Shown: positions 20,032 to 27,547, counted from the stretch's first letter. The stretch is 64,000 bases of DNA from Candidatus Nomurabacteria bacterium (GCA_943349945.1 CALQZS010000002.1:115750-179749); one strand, 5' to 3'. Notes: generated from the letters alone by a model not told the origin. Numbers and translations are program-made.

Positions 20032-20054
20032 CACAAAATATAAAAATTACTAGC
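20032..20054. repeat. 23-bp direct repeat, copy 2
   Basis: Identical to 19303-19325. Confidence 0.92.
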
Positions 20055-20077
20055 GCTGCTAGGGTTGAAATTTGTAC

Positions 20078-20108
20078 AAAAGAAAGAGTCGCAGCGAAGC
20101 TGCGACTC
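20078..20108 (-). terminator. Terminator of unit C
   Basis: GAGTCGCAGC/GCTGCGACTC stem with a T-rich tail on the minus strand. Confidence 0.8.
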
Positions 20109-20125
20109 AGTGTGGAAAGGCCGGG

Positions 20126-20305
20126 TTAGTTGAGCACCCTGTCTCCCCTGTTAGTGGTGTCGGACAGACAGTTTGCGGCATTGCGTGCCGCACGAGCAGC
20201 ATACTCTTGCGCCGCCCTCCTTTCGATTGCGGCAAGTTCGGCGCGCGTTTCGGCACGCCACACCAAACGGATGCGCCGTTGGTAAAAGAAGCTTCCCGTA
20301 TCCAT
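20126..20305 (-). CDS. 59-aa orphan protein, unit C
   Basis: AGGAG SD before MDTGSFF; upstream TTTACA-N17-TATTTT promoter. Confidence 0.55.
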   Translation of the reverse strand: MDTGSFFYQRRIRLVWRAETRAELAAIERRAAQEYAARAARNAANCLSDTTNRGDRVLN

Positions 20306-20442
20306 ACCACTTCTCCTGTAGGTTGGCGTCTTTGCATAGAAACACAAAGACCTAGCTAAAATTAAAATACCATTACCGCCCAGGTTTGTAAAGAATTTAT
20401 GCACAGGTCTGACCTGCGCAACCAAAGTGCATATGTTGCTAT

Positions 20443-20476
20443 AAAAAAAGGCCGGTCTTCGTACAGAAGACCGGCC
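20443..20476 (-). terminator. Terminator of unit D
   Basis: GGCCGGTCTTC/GAAGACCGGCC stem with T7. Confidence 0.85.
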
Positions 20477-20483
20477 AACGCCC

Positions 20484-20915
20484 CTAGTGACGTGTCGGTG
20501 TGTGGCGCAGATCGTAAAACCGATACAGCTCCGGCACAGGAAACGGCTCCGCCGAATCGAGCCACTTTTCTCCCTCGCCCTCCATCATCTCGCGAAGCAC
20601 TTCCGCACCTCGCTCCAAGTCGCTCGTACTGAGCAGGAAGTTGACCTTGCAGCCGCCTCCCTCCCAGTCAAACTGAGAATGAAAGAGGACCCCAGACCGG
20701 GCGCCGACCATATGCGACGCCCAGTAAGTCTCGATGACGCCATCCAGATGACCCACCAGCGGCATACGGTCTCTGCTCTTGAGGTGCAGCTCGCACGCCG
20801 CCTTCTTGAGCGCGGCACACACCGCATCCGGCAGCATCCCCGGACCATCCGAAACAAGCAGACACGACCACGAATCATGGAGCACAGCGGCTCTCCCCTT
20901 GTCCAAACTCGGCAT
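20484..20915 (-). CDS. Orphan protein, unit D (true start may be the GTG near 20888)
   Basis: GC-rich ORF; GGGGAG SD precedes a GTG; own terminator. Confidence 0.65.
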   Translation of the reverse strand: MPSLDKGRAAVLHDSWSCLLVSDGPGMLPDAVCAALKKAACELHLKSRDRMPLVGHLDGVIETYWASHMVGARSGVLFHSQFDWEGGGCKVNFLLSTSDLERGAEVLREMMEGEGEKWLDSAEPFPVPELYRFYDLRHTPTRH

Positions 20916-20991
20916 ATAGTAACACGTTTTTAAAATTTGTCTGCTCTAGCCTTCGAGCTCTATAAACGAAGGGACTCTGCGTATAGGGAAT

Positions 20992-21024
20992 AAAAAAAAT
21001 ACCCCAGACTTTGCTGTCTGGGGT
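20992..21024 (-). terminator. Terminator of unit E
   Basis: ACCCCAGAC/GTCTGGGGT stem with T8. Confidence 0.85.
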
Positions 21025-21036
21025 GGGTGCGAGAGC

Positions 21037-21321
21037 CTACTGATTGTATATTGTCTCAAGCACCGCAAAGGGGTTTAGGCCTTCGAACTGCCAATTCAAG
21101 ATGTCTTCGATGAGCATGGCCCCTGTATCTGTTTCTGCCCACCAACACATGAATTGATGTAGCGTCATGTGCATGTACGGCGCAAAGGCCTCCTGCACCG
21201 ACTCGTGGTCGTCGGCAACTGGCGGATAGAGCTTGAGCACGTCGTGCACGGACGTATCAAGAAGTGCAATAACTTCAGCAAGCCGGTGGGCGACCAGGGA
21301 AACAGTGAGAGCGTTTGGCAT
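21037..21321 (-). CDS. Orphan protein, unit E (94 aa)
   Basis: AAGGA SD before MPNALT; TTGTAC..TATTTT promoter. Confidence 0.7.
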   Translation of the reverse strand: MPNALTVSLVAHRLAEVIALLDTSVHDVLKLYPPVADDHESVQEAFAPYMHMTLHQFMCWWAETDTGAMLIEDILNWQFEGLNPFAVLETIYNQ

Positions 21322-21562
21322 TGGGGCATCCTTACAAGGTCTGTAGCGAGTTTGAAAATAACACTTTTTATAAAGAGTACAAGTCCTTGGAAGTTGTAAC
21401 ATTCCCGTTTCTACTATAGCTTGGAGGAGGAGCAAAGCGAGCCAAAAGCTCAGGTCCCAAAATCATGGCTCAGCGTGAGGACTTAAGCCATGTGCCGAAG
21501 CTTTGGACTTTTGTGCGCAAGCACAAACAGTGATATGTTCCTGATGGAGGTACTTATGTGTA

Positions 21563-21811
21563 GTGTTAGCTCTTTGGGGCTATAAGCTGCATATTTGCCT
21601 TGAGGCGGGGTTACAACCCCATAATGTCTCCGGACCAAAACGCACCTCAAGCGAGGCCTTTGGTATCGTGTTGAAACGCCTAGTTGGTGAGGTAACGGCT
21701 TACCAAGGGGATGTGCCAACTTCTTGCGATATGCTTTGTGCAACGAAGAAGCCACTCATGGGGCCAGTACGTCATCGAACGTACGGCCCCATTTGCTTTT
21801 CTTTAAAATAA
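21563..21811 (+). CDS. Orphan protein or frameshifted remnant, unit F
   Basis: The GGAGG SD points to an out-of-frame ATG at 21556; the longer ORF starts at GTG 21563. Confidence 0.4.
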   Translation: MLALWGYKLHICLEAGLQPHNVSGPKRTSSEAFGIVLKRLVGEVTAYQGDVPTSCDMLCATKKPLMGPVRHRTYGPICFSLK

Positions 21812-21845
21812 AAACCTGCTGCAGAGTTACCTCGCAGCAGGTTTT
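21810..21845. terminator. Bidirectional terminator between units F and G
   Basis: AAAACCTGCTGC...GCAGCAGGTTTT. Confidence 0.8.
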
Positions 21846-21851
21846 GGTGTG

Positions 21852-22271
21852 TTAGGCACGCATCAATCCTCGAAAGCGACCGCCAATACGCCTGGCTTCA
21901 ACGTAACTTTCGCCCGCGAAACGTACCACACGAATAGTCTCTCCGAAGGAGAAGCGCATTGCGTGCATCCACGCACCGACCGTAGCATCCTGAAGAGTGA
22001 TACCTTCTCTCCTCAACGCATCAGCAGTTGGTGCGAGCGGCGTGTTTGCCAGCCATTCGCGCCTAAACGCATCAGCCCCCATGCGCCGGACATTGTTCAT
22101 TGTGGGCAACATTCGTACGCCTAGGTTTTGATACGCGGTCGCGCATATGGCCAACTTTTCGTTGCGGGCCAGACGACTTGGATTTTGTGTGCGAGTCGCA
22201 GGTTGCCTAAAAGGTCCTCTGACGGCCCTTCCAAGTACCTTTTGGACAGGCCTACTGCTTTTATGCTTCAC
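21852..22271 (-). CDS. Arg-rich orphan protein, unit G
   Basis: GGGAG SD before a GTG; ends at the terminator. Confidence 0.55.
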   Translation of the reverse strand: MKHKSSRPVQKVLGRAVRGPFRQPATRTQNPSRLARNEKLAICATAYQNLGVRMLPTMNNVRRMGADAFRREWLANTPLAPTADALRREGITLQDATVGAWMHAMRFSFGETIRVVRFAGESYVEARRIGGRFRGLMRA

Positions 22272-22367
22272 GGCTTTTCTCCCACAAAATGGAGCCTTCT
22301 GATGCCAGGATAGCATAATTCACTACTTTTTCATGAACATATTTAGAGTAAGGAGATGCAGAGCTTG

Positions 22368-22384
22368 GGGTTTGTATAAAAAAG
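22368..22384. repeat. 17-bp direct repeat, copy 1
   Basis: GGGTTTGTATAAAAAAG, identical at 23477-23493. Confidence 0.9.
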
Positions 22385-22426
22385 AAAGCCGCTAGTTTCC
22401 TAGCGGCCAGTTGTAGACGTCTGACT

Positions 22427-23386
22427 TTATTTTACTTGATCCATAGCAGCCAGAGCTGCCGCCAGATCTTCTTGAGCAAGTGTAATTTCCGTTCGATAAG
22501 ACACTCGCGCAACCCAGCCCCGAATAATTGCTGGGGGCGCCGTTTCAAGAAGTTCTCGAACCTCCCTACACTCAGATCGAGCCTGGCTTATACGTCGCTC
22601 GATGGCTCGCCGTTGGCTGTGTGGGTCGGACATTCGTCCCCGAGTCGTTAGCCCCTCTTGTGTAGACAAGGCTTCGATTTCTCCACGCAAGGAACGTACA
22701 CTCACTTTCCCGTCGCGGACCCGCCGAGCAAGGGGGGCTTGTAGATCCTGCGGAAGGCGCGAAATCTCAATTGCCGCCGCAGGAGGGAGCACCTTCTTTC
22801 CCTTAGGCACTAGTTCGGGGTCGAGCATGTCCCTAACTTCGATAGTCAACCGACGAAGACCGTAGAGGTTTGTGGCATAGATTGGGTGGAAGCCAATAGA
22901 GTCAGCAATTTCTTGTATGGTCAGCTTCAACTGCTCGTGCATGTTGACGATCGAGTCGACGATCTCGAGTACTGTATGACCTTCGCGATTAAAGTTTGCA
23001 ATCGCCGACACAAGATATTGCGCCGCCTCGTCATCGATATCAACAATCATTGCTCGGTATGTAGGAATGTTGGCCAGCACTATTGCCCGCCAACGACGCT
23101 CTCCATCCACCAACTCGAAGTCGTGTCCGCCTTCTCCACCTGGTACTACGCGCAAATATCCAGGCATCAGTTGCCCTATCTGGGTAATAGATGACTGGAG
23201 CTTCTGTAGACGGTCGGGGTTGAAGAATTTGCGAGGCTGGTTCGTCATGGGACGTATCCTATGAACAGGGACAACCTCATATCGAGCCGAAGCAATTGCT
23301 ACACGGGCTTTTTCGAGCAAGGCCCGACCTTCTTCACGAGTCTGAACCCCCACAGAGGTCGGCAAGTCGCTAAGTAACTGGTCCAT
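22427..23386 (-). CDS. Orphan ParB/Spo0J-family protein, unit H
   Basis: NQPRKFF and LVDGERRWRA (GxRRxxA) motifs, downstream HTH; AGGAGG SD. Confidence 0.88.
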   Translation of the reverse strand: MDQLLSDLPTSVGVQTREEGRALLEKARVAIASARYEVVPVHRIRPMTNQPRKFFNPDRLQKLQSSITQIGQLMPGYLRVVPGGEGGHDFELVDGERRWRAIVLANIPTYRAMIVDIDDEAAQYLVSAIANFNREGHTVLEIVDSIVNMHEQLKLTIQEIADSIGFHPIYATNLYGLRRLTIEVRDMLDPELVPKGKKVLPPAAAIEISRLPQDLQAPLARRVRDGKVSVRSLRGEIEALSTQEGLTTRGRMSDPHSQRRAIERRISQARSECREVRELLETAPPAIIRGWVARVSYRTEITLAQEDLAAALAAMDQVK

Positions 23387-23476
23387 AGGATCCCTCCTTT
23401 TTGTGTACTCAAGCACTCCTAACGAAAACGCTATCCGCCCCCACTGTAATAGATATGAGCCTAAAACACAAAATAA

Positions 23477-23493
23477 GGGTTTGTATAAAAAAG
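23477..23493. repeat. 17-bp direct repeat, copy 2
   Basis: Identical to 22368-22384. Confidence 0.9.
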
Positions 23494-23541
23494 CCGCCTT
23501 GCACAAGACGGGGCGGGACGGCTAGGTGCTATGATGGGCGT

Positions 23542-24012
23542 GTGGTGAAAAAATATACCGACGAAGAGTACGCAGCCCTGCTGCCCAAGAAACAGGTTGG
23601 GACGGCTGTGTTGTTTTTTAATTCCAAAAACGAGTTGCTTGTAGTCAAACCAGATTACAGGGAAGAGTGGCTTGTGCCAGGCGGTGCCGCCGACGAAGAC
23701 GAATCACCACTCCACTGTGCCCTGCGCGAAACAGAGGAAGAAATTGGACTAAAGATGACCACACTACAACTGGTAGGAATATATTTTGCACATAAAAATG
23801 GAGTCTATACAGACTCTCTTAAATTTGTCTTTTATGGCGGAATACTAACCGAGGATCAAATTGCATCAATTAAACTAGATACAGAAGAACTGGAAGAATA
23901 TACTTTTATGCCTCTAGAAAATGCCCTACCCCTGCTGTCCCCTAGTTTGCAAAAGTGCGTACCCAAAAGTGTGGAGGCTATAAAAACTAACGCGGTGGTG
24001 TATGTGGAATAA
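23542..24012 (+). CDS. NUDIX hydrolase
   Basis: Nudix box GGAADEDESPLHCALRETEEEIG; GTG start at 23542 or 23545. Confidence 0.9.
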   Translation: MVKKYTDEEYAALLPKKQVGTAVLFFNSKNELLVVKPDYREEWLVPGGAADEDESPLHCALRETEEEIGLKMTTLQLVGIYFAHKNGVYTDSLKFVFYGGILTEDQIASIKLDTEELEEYTFMPLENALPLLSPSLQKCVPKSVEAIKTNAVVYVE

Positions 24013-24048
24013 AAAACGAGCCCCCATCTTGCGACAGGGGCTTAGCCT

Positions 24049-24417
24049 TTAGGGCTCGCAGACAAGGTACCCGTCGCTTATACACACCACCCAGTCCATG
24101 TCTTGGAGGCGTGTACTAACAGGTCCCATATGAGGTTGTTTGCCTTTCGACCACCCAAAGACGCTCACACAGCTTCCGTCGTAAAACGGAACAAATATGG
24201 GGTCTTTAACATTTAGCCCCAACTTAAGAGCCTCAACAACTTCTCCTGGAGAAAGTAATATACATTCCAAACGCAATCGCGCCAGAAAAGTATTCCAAGG
24301 AAGATACTGAAGCTCAAAGAATTGAGGATAAATAACTCTGGTTTTATACCCAGAGCGGAGTCGGACGGACTCAAGTATACAAGGCACGGCCTCTTCCTTT
24401 CCCCATGGATCATCCAT
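24049..24417 (-). CDS. Orphan protein, unit I
   Basis: TAAGGAG SD, TTTACA-N17-TAGTAT promoter (24457-24485), terminator at 24012-24043. Confidence 0.7.
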   Translation of the reverse strand: MDDPWGKEEAVPCILESVRLRSGYKTRVIYPQFFELQYLPWNTFLARLRLECILLSPGEVVEALKLGLNVKDPIFVPFYDGSCVSVFGWSKGKQPHMGPVSTRLQDMDWVVCISDGYLVCEP

Positions 24418-24491
24418 GTGGATGTCTCCTTATGTGTGTGTTCTGTAGCCATATGCATACTAACACAAGTATATGTTTTTGTAAAGTTTTT

Positions 24492-24689
24492 GCTCCGGCG
24501 CCAAGATAGGACTCGGCTCCGCATAAAAACTTTATCGTCATAAAGTTTTTTGCTAGCCGCGCCTCGCTCCCACGTCTGCTGACGCGGGGCCCGCTCCGGC
24601 GTTCGAGTCCTGGACGGAAGTGTCCCACACTTCCTCGCCTGGGGCTTGTAACGCAAAAATCGCCCAAAGGCGATTTGTTGCTAACCAAG
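24492..24689 (-). mobile_element. Multi-hairpin element downstream of tRNA-Asn, bounded by a duplicate of the tRNA 3' end
   Basis: GCTCCGGCGCCA at 24492-24503 and 24689-24700; inverted T-arm copy at 24601-24613; several hairpins. Confidence 0.6.
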
Positions 24690-24991
24690 CTCCGGCGCCA
24701 GGACTCGAACCTGGAACCAACTCCTTACACGTGAATCCCCCATTGCTGCGGGCGTGGACTATATCATCATCCCAACTTACAGGAAGTTGTCGGATGCGAG
24801 GCGCTTCGCGCTGCAAATCGCAGAGCTACTCCCTTGCGGGATAGTCTCTACACCTTCCCCAACATAACGTCGGGACTTGGCTCGGGATTGCCCCAAAGGG
24901 GTTTCCCCGAATTCACCTCGTTTTTCAATTCAGATTCCTCTGAAAGGCTGCCTTTAGACAGGGAGCTGCTCTACCATTGAGCTACACCGGA
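24690..24991 (-). tRNA. trnN: tRNA-Asn(GTT), intron-interrupted; exons 24991-24958 and 24727-24690; CCA not encoded
   Basis: Joined exons give a full cloverleaf: TCCGGTG/CGCCGGA acceptor, GCTC/GAGC D arm, GCTCC-CTGTTAA-GGAGT anticodon arm, CCAGG-TTCGAGT-CCTGG T arm. Confidence 0.93.
24728..24957 (-). ncRNA. Group I self-splicing intron (230 nt) at anticodon position 35/36
   Basis: P1 CUGU|C-UAAA-GGCAG with U.G at the splice site; P AAUUCGGGGAA, Q AAUCCCGAGCC, R GUAGAGACUA, S GAUAUAGUCC; terminal G. Confidence 0.93.
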
Positions 24992-25065
24992 ATATATCGA
25001 ACATTCAATATTATACATGTGTTTTTATTAATAACAAACTTAACACCTTGTGTTATACTTTTTGT

Positions 25066-25410
25066 ATGGATAAGGTTTGTAAAAAACATGGACAAACGAA
25101 ACATTTCCTGCGACCAGACGGGGCTTTCCGCTGCGGTAAGTGCGCTTCGAGTTGGGTAATACGAAACCGCCAGAAAAAGAAAATAAAACTAGTAGAGCAG
25201 TTTGGAGGAAAATGTATTGTCTGTGGTTATAAAAAATATGCCGGTGCATTAGATTTTCACCATCTAAATCCAAAGGAAAAGAGTTTTGCTCTGAGTGTCA
25301 AAGGCCTTTCCTATTCTTGGGAAAGTATTTTAGAAGAGGCAAAAAAGTGCGTGCTGGTGTGTAAAAATTGCCACACCGAAATTGAAGCTGGTATGACTGT
25401 GCTACAGTAA
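25066..25410 (+). CDS. Free-standing HNH endonuclease (Zn-binding)
   Basis: GGKCIVCG...ALDFHHLNP...KCVLVCKNCH; N-terminal CxxH/CxxC. Confidence 0.88.
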   Translation: MDKVCKKHGQTKHFLRPDGAFRCGKCASSWVIRNRQKKKIKLVEQFGGKCIVCGYKKYAGALDFHHLNPKEKSFALSVKGLSYSWESILEEAKKCVLVCKNCHTEIEAGMTVLQ

Positions 25411-25547
25411 AGTCAGAACGGGTTTGAGAATGTCGGCACCGTTAGTCCAGGTGCTCCCTGGGCTCTGTGCTCTATGATTCTCAAAGGGAGGCGTGGGTGG
25501 TGCGAAACACCCACGCATTCTCTCTTTCAAAACAGGTGACTTACTGC
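25404..25547 (+). ncRNA. Candidate structured RNA directly after the HNH gene
   Basis: Closing helix CAGTA(A)AGTCA/TGACTTACTG; TTTGAGAAT/ATTCTCAAA; GCGTGGGTG/CACCCACGC; G.U pairs favour the plus strand. Confidence 0.45.
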
Positions 25548-25648
25548 TTTTTTGTACTACTTTTTTAGCGCACCATTGCCTATAGACAAATATTTTTACT
25601 GTACTATCGTATAGCAAGAAGTAACCATAAAACGCCCTGGAGGGACGC

Positions 25649-26158
25649 ATGCGTATACGTCGTCATTTAATTGAAGTGGATTTTACGTGCCCACACAAAG
25701 CGGCGGGCATGCCCGCCGTCCACACAGTCGAAGAGCGCGCCCGCGGCGCCGCACCACCCTACACCACTGTGCGCTTTCGCGACCTGCACGGCGAGGTGGT
25801 GGCATTTGCACGCCATACACACCAGCTGGGTAAAACTGCAGAGAAGTTGCGCAAGCAGCATGAGACTGCAAGAGGTTGGCACATGCGGGCCATTGAGTGG
25901 CAGCTCCGCCTAAGCATAGCGCGCGTACCTTCGCTCCACGACGTTGCACAATGTGCAGCACAGCAGCTGGAAGCAGCTATAGAAGCAAAGCAGAGTGTTG
26001 CTATCCAAACTGTCGACCTCAAGTGGCGCATAGTGCTGGGCGAAGAGTTGGACACCCTTGTGGCCACAGCGCAGCGGGCAACCTCTGCACATATTTTTGT
26101 CTACCCGCCACGTTCGTTATTGGCATACATGCCGCCTCTTTTACTGAACATAGGATAG
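25649..26158 (+). CDS. Hypothetical protein
   Basis: GGAGG SD, 169-aa ORF, terminator CACCCCCAC/GTGGGGGTG with T tract at 26163-26193. Confidence 0.65.
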   Translation: MRIRRHLIEVDFTCPHKAAGMPAVHTVEERARGAAPPYTTVRFRDLHGEVVAFARHTHQLGKTAEKLRKQHETARGWHMRAIEWQLRLSIARVPSLHDVAQCAAQQLEAAIEAKQSVAIQTVDLKWRIVLGEELDTLVATAQRATSAHIFVYPPRSLLAYMPPLLLNIG

Positions 26159-26196
26159 CCAGCACCCCCACCTGCCAAGTGGGGGTGTTTTTTTAT

Positions 26197-26916
26197 TTAT
26201 CCCAGCAGGCTATACCCCGGCGGCGGCCACGCATGCAACACCAACGCGAGCGCGATATAGAAAAGAAGATGTATGAGGTAGCTGTAGATAAACCCGCCTC
26301 GCACCCGCAGCAACAAGTATGGGAATACTAGCCCCGACAAGATTGCCGCAAGCGTCATCACCGCGGCATGCGGCGTGGGTGCGCTGCTGAGCAAAAACAG
26401 CGCCACGTGTCCCCCGCCAAACAGCAGGCTGTAACTCCGCATCACACGCGAGAGCGAATGGAAGTGGTGCCACAAGCCCCACACCAACGCCGCAATGAGC
26501 ACCTGTTGCATCAAAAGCTCGGCAGCTTTGGGCAAAAAGTACCAAGGTGTAGCAAGCAGCAGGTCGGTATAGGGCGCCAACACCGGCCCCTGTAGGGTGG
26601 GCAAAAAAGAAAACAAGCACACCAAGACCCATACCAACGCCGCAGACGCCAGGCACAGCCCGCCATACGCCCACAAAAGCGACGTGCGCGCAAAACGCGG
26701 GGCAAACAAATCCCAAAATACCCACACACTCGCCACAGCCCAAAACAAAAAGTACAGCGCCATGGTGATGGGCGATGCGTTGTAGCTGGCATCATAGCCA
26801 AACACCGGTGCAAACAAAAAATACCCGACGTTTGCCACCGCCCAAAGCGCCGTAACCTTGCCCAGAGTGGTATACAGCGGCGCCTCGTAGGAGTGTGTAT
26901 GTGCAATAGTCCTCAT
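26197..26916 (-). CDS. Multi-pass membrane protein
   Basis: About 7 hydrophobic segments; ELLMQQ...H...H pattern weakly resembling CPBP proteases. Confidence 0.75.
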   Translation of the reverse strand: MRTIAHTHSYEAPLYTTLGKVTALWAVANVGYFLFAPVFGYDASYNASPITMALYFLFWAVASVWVFWDLFAPRFARTSLLWAYGGLCLASAALVWVLVCLFSFLPTLQGPVLAPYTDLLLATPWYFLPKAAELLMQQVLIAALVWGLWHHFHSLSRVMRSYSLLFGGGHVALFLLSSAPTPHAAVMTLAAILSGLVFPYLLLRVRGGFIYSYLIHLLFYIALALVLHAWPPPGYSLLG

Positions 26917-26919
26917 ATT

Positions 26920-27477
26920 TTAGCCGCCGGTCTGCCAACGCTCAATTATTTCGAACGGGTAGGCAAGGTTTACAATATTGAGCAGCAGCCCGTCGCGTAT
27001 TTGGTATCCCACAAACAGCTCAAGCATCAACACCAGCGCCACACTCGCCCACAGCGGCAGCCGCCATGCCAACAAAAAGCCGCCCACCATAGCAAGCGTG
27101 TCGGAAAGCGAATTGAGTATGCTGTCGCCTACGTAGCCCTGGGCCAGTGCTTGGTTGCGGTAGTGCTCTATAACCATGGGCGTGTTTTCCAAAATCTCCC
27201 AAGCCACCTCGGCACCAAGCGCCACGACAAGCAGCCAGTGCCGCGGCACGCGAGGAAAGAACTTCCACAGCACTGCATAAAAAATGACTCCGTGGATGAT
27301 GTGCGAAAAGGTATACCAGTCAGAGAGGTGTTGCGAGTTACCCACCGAAGCGACCACACCCTCCCACACCTTTACATACCCACACTCGCACAAGGCAGGC
27401 TGCCCCAACAAAAAAAGTATAAACGCCTGCACAGCCAGGAAGCCTCCCGTGGCAAGCAAGCTTATGCGCCAAGACAT
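26920..27477 (-). CDS. DUF2585/UPF0314 membrane protein
   Basis: CECGYVKVWEG, NSQHLSDWYTFSHIIHG, WEILENTP, GDSILNS motifs. Confidence 0.88.
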   Translation of the reverse strand: MSWRISLLATGGFLAVQAFILFLLGQPALCECGYVKVWEGVVASVGNSQHLSDWYTFSHIIHGVIFYAVLWKFFPRVPRHWLLVVALGAEVAWEILENTPMVIEHYRNQALAQGYVGDSILNSLSDTLAMVGGFLLAWRLPLWASVALVLMLELFVGYQIRDGLLLNIVNLAYPFEIIERWQTGG

Positions 27478-27547
27478 GGCCTTATAGTACCGCACCCTAG
27501 GTACCTTCGTTGTATACTAGTGGGCATTAGTACTAACACAATTCAGT

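Noticed and set aside
20107..20337. Alternative 76-aa frame for unit C
   Set aside because: The AGGAG SD is positioned for the ATG at 20305 in another frame.
18850..24503. Classical integron or prophage
   Set aside because: No intI, no recognisable attC sites and no phage structural genes; the units carry their own promoters and terminators.
24410..24844. ORFs overlapping the tRNA, intron and hairpin element
   Set aside because: Shadow frames over structured non-coding sequence.
25066..25547. IscB/HEARO (OMEGA) system
   Set aside because: The protein is only 114 aa with no PLMP or RuvC motifs; kept only as an unassigned HNH plus RNA candidate.
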